From Octopus bimaculoides (taxonomy: Eukaryota), in contig NC_068995.1 in the NCBI RefSeq assembly GCF_001194135.2, positions 31,195,610 to 31,229,130 on the forward strand: a DNA stretch of 33,521 bases, in the 5' to 3' direction. Below the pieces are notes generated by a model. It searched no databases and was not told the DNA's origin. It saw only the letters and a list, made by a program, of their open reading frames with translations. This document shows, one piece after another, positions 23,594-33,521 of the stretch; the first letter of the stretch is position 1, and every line of letters starts with the position of its first letter. The position numbers were made by a program, and so were the translations under genes.

Positions 23594-24325
23594 TATATAT
23601 ATGTAACACTAGATTAAAATTCGGTCAATTATGTTAATTAAGAGTTTAAAATCAATTGTAACATCGGAACGAGGAAAAAAGGTTACCCACAGGGTATTTG
23701 AAAGAAAAAGTTCATGAATGCTAACTGGATTGTCGATAGATATACATTAGAAAATGATTGAATTTGTAACGAAACAATATATATAAAGTGGTTGGATTGA
23801 TGAAGCGTCATTTCATCATCACCGAAAATAGTCGATTGTCACAACCTAAAGTTCACGGATCATTCAATAACGTTTAAATTATTAAAATTAGCCGACCTAA
23901 TTGGAATAAATTAATTAAAATATGATGCATTTGTATCTTTGTTCGTTTACTCTTTCTTTCTCATGATGAAAAGAAAAGTTAAATATGTAAAATATATTTT
24001 TAGTGAATTTAGATTTGAAGGCGAAAATGAAGCCGGCAAAAATGAATGATGGTGCTAAGTCACGTAGCGGCAACGAATGGAATATGTGATGATCAGAGTA
24101 AATCAAGGATGTAAAGGATATATATATCGTATACATAACACACTACATACATATATATATCTATGTATATATATATGTATACATGTTAGGTAGATAGATA
24201 GATATGTGTGTGTGCGTGTGAAGACAGAGAGAGAAAAAACAGCCGCCTTCTTTATCGATGCTCATTATATATATATATATATATTGCAGAATTTTTTTTA
24301 AAAAAGGCAAGCAAGGCACGCTTAC

Positions 24326-24382
24326 TTTTTGTTCGTTGTGGTTTCGATCGGTGACAACTGCCTTCAGAACTCCCATAGTCAT
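24326..24382 (-). CDS. SESN: Sestrin coding exon 1 (MTMGVLKAVVTDRNHNEQK), phase-0 donor
   Basis: ATG at 24382 in AAAAATGA context, about 80 nt downstream of a TATA/Inr pair. The frame is open to an AAA|GTAAGC donor (GT at 24325-24324), and phase 0 matches the downstream exons. No homology support for this peptide, so the link to the gene is inferred. Confidence 0.72.
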
Positions 24383-24460
24383 TTTTACTGGGTGGATAAC
24401 AATAATATAATAATATCGTGGAGTGTGCTGGTATCATGAGAAGACGGCCACGACTAAGCG

Positions 24461-24499
24461 AACTGAGCCGCACTGGAGTGAGTTCGGTGCCTTTATATA
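24461..24499 (-). promoter_or_regulatory. TATA box (TATATAAAGG, 24499-24490) plus Initiator (TCAGTT, A at 24464): probable sestrin core promoter
   Basis: Both motifs are on the gene strand, with TATAAA 33 nt upstream of the Inr A. They lie in a locally GC/CpG-enriched segment directly before exon 1. Confidence 0.65.
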
Positions 24500-24860
24500 G
24501 ACAGAGGAGGAGAAGGAAGAGGAGGAGCAGGAACAAGACAGCTGGCTGGAAACTAGGTCAGTACAGCGCCACCACTGTTATTACTGTAAGAGTGAGTTGG
24601 AGGAGTGCAGAAATAGGGGAAGTAACTCTACATTATGTTAATGAGAAAGGGTGAATATATAATATATAAAGGAGTGAGAGAGAAAGAGAGGGAGAAAGTA
24701 GAATAAGGAGGACGAATAAGGAGGTTAATGAGAAAGAGAGAGAGAGAAAGACAACATTATAAAGGAGAATGAGGAGGAGGGAGAGAAGAGAGAATGAAGT
24801 GGAGAGTGACAAGAAAGTGCGAAGCTGGAAGAAGAGTTAATGGAGAAAGGGAGAGAGCAT
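24500..24860. repeat. Polypurine/polypyrimidine (GA-rich) tracts upstream of the TATA box; similar tracts at 20380-20790 and 21255-21380
   Basis: Long A/G-biased runs on the plus strand flanking the promoter-like segments. Confidence 0.7.
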
Positions 24861-24985
24861 TGTTGCTGTGCAAGTGCTTGGTAATTTCTAAGTTAATCGG
24901 TTTGTGCTAGTGGTTCGGCTGGTTGATTGGTGGTGGAAGGTAGCCACTAGCTGTGCAGTGTGGCTCACACACCTAGATGGAGAAA

Positions 24986-24993
24986 TGACGTCA
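24986..24993. promoter_or_regulatory. Perfect CRE palindrome TGACGTCA (CREB/ATF site)
   Basis: Exact 8-mer about 520 bp upstream of the predicted TSS. Function is untested. Confidence 0.4.
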
Positions 24994-25700
24994 GGATGAG
25001 CACATTTCTTGCCAAACTTTGATAACATTAACAATGTTAGCTGTCACCCTCTCTCTCTCTCCTCTGACTTCTACCATCACCACGATCATCATAATCATCA
25101 TCAACAACAGCACTGCTACTGCAGCTACATAGAACATCACTTAACTTGCATCTGCCTTTATCAGTACAATTTACCAATAAATGTATATGTGTGTGTGTGT
25201 GTGTGCACGCACTACAAACTTACATGCACACATATTGTACACAATGCATCTGGAAATTTATAGATCAGTTTCCAACCAGATCCGACCATTTTACAGTGAA
25301 AGGGTAGAAGAGGTCGGTAGCGGTAGGTTAAATGAGTGTGGAGCCACTCTTGGAGAAGGGGTGGATACAACAACAACATAAATAGGTCAGCATTAATTAA
25401 ATAAAGCTAATATATCCAAAGAGACAAATAATAATATTTTAATGAAATGATCATAATGATGATGATGAAAATGATGCGTTGACATCTCGGAAAACAGTTT
25501 TTTCACAATTCGTTTTATTTCATCTTATCTTATTCTCACAGAAAAATCAATACCACAAAATAAAATTACTGCAAAATAAGGATTTTGTTACATTTTCTTT
25601 TTCCTTCTTTCTTTTTCTTTTTCTTAATTAAAGATTGGTTTTCTTTATTCCTTTCTTTTCTACCTTGGAAACATTTTAAAAACAAGGGTATTATACATAC

Positions 25701-25736
<36 letters not shown>

Positions 25737-26577
25737 TACACCTGTATTATACGTATATATTTTGTGTGTGTGTGTGCGCGCGCACCAGCATTTTATCTCA
25801 AGAAAACGTTTTAAAGAAAACGCGCGCGCACACACGCACAAGTATTCTATTTCTGCGTATATATGTATGCATGTGTGTATATAATATGCATTGTCTTTCG
25901 TTTCCTGTATTAAGTGATATATTTTTAAACTGAGAAGGAAAAAAATAAATAAAAAGGAGGTTAGAGATTGTCAATCTTTTTTTTAAGAAAACTAAATTTC
26001 TAGAGACAAGCAGGTGGCTAATCTATCATTTGTTTCAGCAAAACAATAGAAGATTGATGGAATTATTTAATGGGATTATTATTATCATTACATTGGCTGA
26101 AGTTGTTTAGCCCTTAAACATTCCAGTCGTGAACATCCCCACTTATTTAAAAGGTTGTATTGTATATATAATGTATATATATATATAATCCTGTTCAAGA
26201 CGATGGTGGTGCTCTTTCTAGCAGACCTGGTGTCCATGTGAGGCTTCCCTCGCTTAGGGGTAGTGAGTAGTAAACTCGGCACGCAGCATCAGCGGGCACA
26301 GGTTCAAATCCCAAGGTTGAGCTATTTGATGCTAATACAATTAGTATTTCATGCGAGAGAGAGAGAGAGAGAGGAAGGAAGAGAGAAGTGAGAGGGTGAT
26401 AGTCCCCATTGCACACACACACTGACCCTAAACTATTTAATGTTTGAAGAATAAGTAGGAATTTTTGGTTTCAATTAAATTTATTGAAGAAAGCAGAAAG
26501 ACTGACAATAAATTGCTTAATCCATAGAAATAATATTTTAATTATATACAATTTTATACATGTATATATGCGATTAT

Positions 26578-26612
<35 letters not shown>

Positions 26613-27013
26613 CGCGCGTGCGCTAGTGTGTATATTTAATTCAACTGGACGTTCATCGGTTTTATAATATTCCGTTCTGATTTCCTTTACATAATACAGA
26701 CATACATATTCACACACAAACACACACACATCATCTACACGGTTGTGTATGTGTGGTTGATTTGACAGAGAGAAGGAAGGAAGGGAGTAAGTGTATATTG
26801 ATCCAATATATTTTCCTGGAAAAAAAAAAAAAAAAAAAAGTATGCAGTGAAATGACACATTTTATGAATTCTAGCCGCAAAAGCTAAACCAAATTCTGCA
26901 GCAATGGGTGAGAATGTTAAAAATGTAGAGAAAGTACATTAAGGAACAAACAACAAGGCACTGGAACTTGTCCAACTTGCTTATGATCCAAAAGACGTCA
27001 GAGCTAACAACAT

Positions 27014-27052
<39 letters not shown>

Positions 27053-27591
27053 TAAACACTTGGAAAGGAAGGCGAGGAGAGGGCAGTGATGCTCTTCAGT
27101 AAATCTGATAAAAAGTGTGAGAGCAGAAAGAGTAGATCAGGGTGAACAATGCACCTTTAGGATGGGGCATTCAGCTGACGGAGTGCATTTGCACGAAGAG
27201 AAATAAACTGGAATCTGTGAAGTTTCCTCGATTGGTCCCCTCATCGGATTTTAATTTTGTCTTTTAGTTTTTATGTCTGTTATATTTTATTGTTCTGTAA
27301 GCCCCTCCTTTGACCTTGAAATAACTAACCCCTTATCCGTCACATTTGTTCTACTAAATCGTTGTTGTTGTCTAACCTGCAGATTGCCCTAATCCAGCAG
27401 ACCTATAATGGAAAGTAATCCAGTCGTGACCATCTCGTCTTTTCCGTATGTACAGAGATCCCTGGATCCCATTGTTCTACATGTCGACTTGTAGAGCATG
27501 ATTTGAGGGAAATCTGGCTGATATTTCTAGCTGGTCAAGTGAACATGTTGAGATTATCAAGTTGGCTCATTTTATATTTGTTCAAACCCCA

Positions 27592-28105
27592 CTGGAGTCA
27601 ACTTCACCCTTTGTCCTTCCAGGGTCAATAAAATAAGGTACCAGTCAGAGAATGGGGTTGGTAGTAGTGATTACTCCCCCTCCCCTCAAAATTGCTGGCC
27701 TTGTGTCTAAACCAGAAACCATTATTAGCTGCTGAGGTCGATTTCGTTTTCATCCTTTGGGTGGCCAATAAAATAAGTACCAGTTGAACACTGAGCTCAA
27801 TCAATGTAATCAGTTTATCCTCTCTCCTAAACTTGCTGGCCTTGTGCCTTAATTTGAAATCATTATTATTATTGTTACTGCTAAGGCAGCTAGTGGGTAG
27901 AATTGTTTGCATACTGGACAAAATGCTTAGAGACATTTTGTCTGTCTTTATGCTCTGAGTTCAAATTCTGCTGAAGTCAACTTTGCCTTTTGTCCTTTTG
28001 GGATCAATAAAAAAAAAGTACCAGTTCACCCCTGAAGTCAATGTAATCAACTTACTCACCTCCCTCGAAATTGCTGTCCTGGTGCCAAAATTTTAAACCA
28101 TTATT
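27592..28105 (+). mobile_element. Three head-to-tail copies of the same SINE (two 5'-truncated at about 27592-27722 and 27730-27862, one full at about 27885-28100)
   Basis: Repeated blocks ctttgcc/tttcatcc - aataaaataagtaccag - aatgtaatc - ttgctggccttgtg - aaaccattatta. Confidence 0.8.
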
Positions 28106-28507
28106 ATTACTACCATAATTATTAAATATGGTGGCTGTTAGCAGCAAATATGGTAATGTAGAGCACTACTAACATATTACTTATGTGTTGAGATATGTTA
28201 AACTTCAATTCTGGCTGCTAAGATCAACTTTGCCTCTCACGTTAATTAACTGGATTGTTGTTGTTGTTGTTTACATCCATCCAGATTGAGTACACATAAT
28301 TAAAGACCTTTCAACTGTGGCCACTAGTCATTGTCTTCTCTATCATAGTGCATCTTTATCCAACCTGTTGGTGTAATTCAAGGAAGATTTGGATACTAGA
28401 TCTAGTAAGTCAAATGACTGCATAGAGCTTCTGTCTAACAGAGGTTGGTGGAATGGCAAATTCAGTAAAACATAAGACCTACAATGTATTTCCTCATATT
28501 CCTTTCT

Positions 28508-28850
28508 CATCATCAACATCACCATCATCATTAACATTTAACATCTTGGTAAGGCCAGGGCCCACACCAGGAATTCATAGTTTGTTTTGGCTGGCTTTCT
28601 AAGACTGGATGCCCTTCTTAATGCCAACCACAGAGTGCACTGGGTGCTTTTTATGTGGCACCATCACCAGTGTTTTATATGTGGAACCAGCACCTACAAA
28701 TGCTTTTTACATGTCACCTTGGTTTTTAAGGTCTCGATTTTGTTGTGGTGGGTGGACCTTCTTGAGTACAGCAAAGCATCACATATCTGTCTACATGCTG
28801 TTAATGATTCTCTTGGTCCAACAAGATCAGTACTGGTAATGTTTTAAATC
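28508..28850 (-). mobile_element. Diverged copy of the RTE-like 3' end
   Basis: (cat)n...ctggatgcccttcttaatgccaaccac...gtgctttttatgtggcacc, matching 31250-31450. Confidence 0.55.
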
Positions 28851-30244
28851 TCTCAGATGTGGGATTCACAACCCCAGGAGATATAAGCAATGGCACATAG
28901 TGTTTTGTTTATGGTGGCTTTGTCATAACATGAATCTGCTACAAAAACCTGGTTCTCCAGGTTGAGGATTGTATTGCCAAGATTAGTTCCCATCTCACAA
29001 ACAATTAAGGTTCTCTGGGTCAAAGGTTGATGATGTCATTTGATCCAAAGACCAACTGGAGTTCAGAAGAATAGAGAGAATTGAAGGTATTGGATGTGAA
29101 GGGAACGGAAGAAGAAAGGAAGGGGCGCTAAAATGACTACGACTTTCTAAAACTGTATCATGGCAGGCAACTGTTGTTTAAACCTAGGTCAACACTGATT
29201 GAGTAAACTTACGACCATTCCATTTCTCTCTGGCTGTGTTGGAATACTTCAATATCTCCTTTATCTAAGATGGGAGGCAAATTGAGCTACTATTTCTAGC
29301 GACCACATAGAGGTTCACTTGTTATGATGGCAGTTGTTGTTTAAACCCAGGTCCTCCATGATTGAGCAAACTTATGACCAAATGCATTCCAACAATGACC
29401 ATCCTGTCCTTTTCCTTTGTACAGGGAACCTAGGACCACATTATCCAACATGTCCATTTCTGAAGATTGTTATAAAATGGCAGTTTGGCAAAAATCAGCA
29501 TTTACTTTGGCAAATATAACATTTGGAATCCAAATTCTGCCAGATTCCAGCTTTGGTGGTCTTCATCACTTTTCAGTGGATGTGGAGGGGTATGCATGCA
29601 AATAAATGGCCAACAATGCTGAAGCTAAGTGTCATGTGGTGGTCATTACATCCATTTACTAAATACCAGTAATATACTTTGTCTGTTTAATCAAATACAA
29701 TTCCCACTTTTCTTTAAAACAATACTGATGTCAGTAGTGATGGAGTGACAATAAGGAGTAAAAAATGAGTTTAATACCATCTTGTAGTGGATTTATATCT
29801 TAGGTTTCATTACGCTCTGAGTTCAGACCTTGATGTGAGTAACTATTATTTATCCCTTTTATTCCTTTTCCAAAGCAGAAAACTGCCCTGCCCCTGTAAT
29901 GTACTTACACACATGTACACACACATACGACTATCTGGTCACTGAGTGTATAACCCTGAACTGGAAGCATCCAAATTAGTCTTGTGGAACCCACTTCATG
30001 CTGATGTAAGAAGAGGAAAATGTCATCATGCGTACATCAACAACTTGATTGCAGACACTGGCCTGGAATGTATCCAGGACCTAAGGGTAGTGATGATGGG
30101 CTAAGAAGTGTGGCGGGTGGACTTTGTTGCTGCAGCATGGGTTGGAATCCAGCCATAAAAGAAACACACACACACACACGCACACACACACAGCTGTAAC
30201 GACTCCTTATCTTGTCGCCTTTGTGGTAGTAATCAAAGATATTG

Positions 30245-30452
30245 TTAGAAATAGCATTAGAGCATTTGTAGTTTTTGCTTTGACCCTTTATACACCAAGT
30301 TCAAATCCTGCATGTGTCAAATTTGCCTTTCCTACCACCAGGTTCCATAAAATAGAGTACCAATGAAGAACAGGGTGGAGGGAGGGGAATGTCAGATGTT
30401 ATCGACTAACTCTCTCTTCAAAATGGCTGGCCTTCACGCTGAATTAGAAATT
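30245..30452 (+). mobile_element. Degenerate copy of the same SINE family
   Basis: agttcaaatcctg...tttgcctttc...cataaaatagagtacca...gctggcctt...aattagaaa. Confidence 0.6.
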
Positions 30453-30618
30453 ATGAAAAGGCTAAAAATAATAGCAGTTAAACCTTGTGGTAATGAAAAT
30501 TGAGAGCCCACTCCCTTACAAAATTGGAGGCCTTGCACCTACCTAAAAATCACAATCTGAACATGTACATGCATGTGTTTGTGTGCTCGTGTGTGTGTGT
30601 GTGCGAGTGTGTATGTGT

Positions 30619-30651
<33 letters not shown>

Positions 30652-30959
30652 AGACAGAAAGAGGGATTTTAATTATTGCAAATAAATAAACAGACCTGCA
30701 AAGTTGGTTGGAAATCCATTGTTTCGAGTCTGTAAACAAAGTTAGAATATGCTGGTGGTGATGGTAGTCGGTAGTAGGTGTAATCATTTCCAGAGAAGTT
30801 TATATATATATATATATAATTTTTTTTTTTTTATGGAAGATAGTAAATTCTTGCATCATTAACACAGTTTACATAAGCGGGTGAGCAAATAGATAAAGAT
30901 AGATAGATAACTGCAAATGTGTTTGTGTGTGAATGACATTTATAAACGCAAATCTGTAA

Positions 30960-30995
30960 CAAATATATATAGTGCTTATATATGTTTTTATACAC

Positions 30996-31043
<48 letters not shown>

Positions 31044-31133
31044 TTACATATAGAAATATATATACATAGACATAAATATATATATACACATAAATCTACG
31101 TAAATATATATATATATCTTAATATACATATAC

Positions 31134-31169
<36 letters not shown>

Positions 31170-31246
31170 AGATACACATATATACCTAAATATACATATA
31201 CATAAATATATATAAATATATACCTAAATATACATATATATACATA

Positions 31247-31250
<4 letters not shown>
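30960..31250. repeat. (AT)n/(ATAC)n microsatellite; similar tracts at about 5490-5690, 6040-6620, 22600-22671 and 32355-32705
   Basis: Read directly from the sequence. These tracts explain the YIYI/MYIY pseudo-ORFs in the track. Confidence 0.95.
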
Positions 31251-31279
<29 letters not shown>

Positions 31280-31700
31280 GTTTAACGCCCACTTTCCATG
31301 CTGGCATGGGTTGGACAGTTTGACTGAGGACTGGCAAACCAGATGGCTGCACCAGGCTCCAATCTGATCTGGCAGAGTTTCTACAGCTGGATGCCCTTCC
31401 TAACACCAACCACTCCGAGAGTGTAGTGAGTGCTTTTACATGCCACCAGCACACAGGCCAGTCATGCGGTACTGGCAACGGCCACACTCAAATGGTATTT
31501 TTTACGTGCCACCTACACAAGAGCCAGTCCAGCAGCAATGGCGATGACCTTGCTCGAATGTTGTTTTTCACATGCCACCAGCACAAGTGCCAGCAAGGTG
31601 ACGTGGGTAATGATCACGCTCGAATTGTGTGTTTTACGTGCCACCGGCATCTTGTTGGTCAATAGTATGAGGAGGTTTGACTTCTTGAGTTGCCTGATGA
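31250..31700 (-). mobile_element. RTE-like non-LTR 3' end with (GAT)n tail and four internal ~66-bp tandem units
   Basis: (cat)n-cgtttaacg...ggatgcccttcctaacaccaacc. The unit ttttacRtgccacc recurs at about 31434, 31501, 31566 and 31632. The RTE assignment comes from recognition of the family and is unverified. Confidence 0.65.
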
Positions 31701-31994
31701 GACATACCGAGCTTGGTTTAATGAAGACAGAACTATAACATAAGATAGGACCAAGTCAATACAGTTCTATCTACTACTGACCAGCAAGTATAATGCTCTG
31801 GAAGCCAGGGAAACTGCTGGAGGAAACAAAGCAAGAGACAGGCCAAGTTGTGAGGCAGGCTAAAGATGAGATGACGGGATGAGCTCATCTGTTACCAGAG
31901 TCCCAAGTGGGAAAGACTAGCCAGAGATACAGCAGTGGAAACAGTCTAGGTTCCTCCTTCAGGGGCAATACTAACCCTATATATATATTGTTTA

Positions 31995-32322
31995 TCTTTT
32001 ACATGTTTCAGTAATAGGACCACAATCATTCTGGAGCACCAGAAATCACCCCATTACTTCTCTTCTTTCTTGGTTTCTTCTGTCGAACTGCTAAGTTATG
32101 GGAATATTAACAAGCCAACACTGGTTGTTGTCAAGTGGTGTGGTAGGGATAAACACACACCTATGACAGGCTTCTTTCAGTTTTCATCTACCAAATTCAT
32201 TCATAAGGCTTTGGTCAGCTCAGGCCATAGAAAACAGTTGCTCATGGTTCCACACAGTAGGACTGAACCCAGGGCCATGTCATTGGGAAGCAAACTTCTT
32301 ACCACACAACCATGCCTGCTCC
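31995..32322 (-). mobile_element. tRNA/CORE-type SINE whose 3' tail resembles the LINE tail
   Basis: Minus strand has a head GGCATGGTTGTGTGGTAAG...GGGTTCAGTCC (A/B-box like), a body GACCAAAGCCTT...GGTAGATGAAAACTGAAAGAAGCC, and a tail GGTGCTCCAG...TGAAAC. Confidence 0.7.
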
Positions 32323-32406
32323 AGTTAACAAATTTAAGTTAATAAACATTACCAACTACATATACGTAAATATACATATATACAAAAATATACATATATT
32401 CATACA

Positions 32407-32452
<46 letters not shown>

Positions 32453-32539
32453 AATATATACATAAATATACATATATATGCAAATATATACATAAATATA
32501 CATATATATATATACATATATATACATACATATATATAC

Positions 32540-32586
<47 letters not shown>

Positions 32587-32706
32587 CATACATATATATA
32601 CAAATATATACATAAATATATATATATAAAAAATATATCTAAATACATATATATATACATATATATAGACACAATATATATGTACATATATACATAAATG
32701 TATATA

Positions 32707-33521
32707 TTTTTTATTTATTTATTTATGGGTTTCAGCCAAGTGGCTGTGGTCATGCTGGAGCACCACCGTGACTTCCCATCTTTATGCTGTGCTCTCTTCA
32801 CGTTCCTTGCATGGCTCTTCTCCTGCACCTTATATAGTCCAATCAAAAGTTTTTGATGGCACATCTGGTGTATAAGAGAATTTGACATTGCTGCTCTAAA
32901 CTGTGTCTCATTTCGAGCCATTGGTTTGTCTGGTATCGTGGAGAGGAAAGCGTCGAGATTTGTTTTGAAGACCTCTATATTCATGTCTTGCAGGTCTCTC
33001 AAATGTTTTGACAGGGCATTAAAGAGCTGAGGTCCTCTGAAACCGAGGCTGTTGCAGTACCTCGTTCTAATATGAGATGCAGTGGACGGTACCCTTGGTA
33101 CCATGCAGTGGCGACCTGTGCGGGCATTCGTGTAGTACTTGATGCCAAAGTTTGGTACCAGTGCTTCCAGTATTTTCCATATGTATATTATTACATATCT
33201 CTCTCGCCTGTGCTCCAGGGAGTAGAGACCTAGTGCCTTCAGTCGCTCTTTGTAGTTCATCTGTTGGATTGTGGCGATCTTTTTTGTATAGTGATGCTGA
33301 ATTGCCTCGAGTTCTGCTGTCCGCTTAACACTGTGTGGTGACCACAACTGAGAGCAATAGTCTAGGCGGCTCAGAACAAATGTCCTCCATAGAGTCAACA
33401 TGACTTTTTGATCCCTTGTTTGGAATGTCCTCAGTATCCACCCTGCCAGTTGTCTGCACTTTGCTGTCAACTTGACAATGTGCATGTGAAATGATGCATC
33501 ACTACACATGTTGATGCCCAG
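32707..33521 (-). mobile_element. 3' part of a CR1/L2-group LINE (reverse transcriptase C-terminal region plus 3' tail); continues beyond the window edge
   Basis: Frame open from the window edge (LGINMCSD...) to 32715. Motifs GWILRTF, SRLDYCSQLWSP and LYSLEHRRERY are typical of CR1/L2/jockey-like RT C-termini. Ends in a (TAAA)n tail. Confidence 0.9.

Noticed and set aside
24418-24654. Plus-strand Arg-rich 78-aa ORF antisense to the promoter
   Set aside because: The Arg run is a translation of the GA-rich tract, with no homology or splice support.
26255-26330. tRNA-like segment with GGTTCAAATCC B-box
   Set aside because: No acceptor stem or full T-stem can be formed; more likely a decayed SINE head than a tRNA gene.
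32312-32697. YIYI/MYIY/HTHT-rich ORFs (also 5490-5742, 25566-25884, 26574-26858, 30869-31177)
   Set aside because: Translations of dinucleotide and tetranucleotide microsatellites on both strands.

Overview
AT-rich (microsatellite- and SINE-dense) animal genomic DNA with four assembly gaps. The repeat families and texture look like an Octopus (coleoid cephalopod) draft genome; this is inferred from recognition of the repeats, not from a search. The window holds one protein-coding gene, a minus-strand Sestrin (SESN/PA26 family). I reconstructed it by hand from GT-AG boundaries and codon phases: coding exons 24326-24382, 15290-15460, 14022-14204, 10784-11008, 9836-9968, 8279-8516, 7356-7581 and 6733-6819 (439 aa). 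A probable 30-nt in-frame microexon at 21595-21624 would make it 449 aa. The first exon has a TATA plus Inr core promoter, an upstream CRE and an out-of-frame overlapping uORF. Intron 1 contains a CCAAT-box cluster that may be a second promoter. The GATOR2-binding residues are intact, but the human W444 leucine-pocket position is Leu and the H132 redox-relay position is Gln. The rest is tRNA-derived SINEs, RTE-like 3' ends, a CR1/L2-group LINE RT C-terminus at the right edge, tandem repeats and microsatellites. Most ORF-track entries are microsatellite or N-gap artefacts. Human SESN2/SESN3 residue numbers and sequences quoted below are recalled from memory and should be confirmed by alignment.
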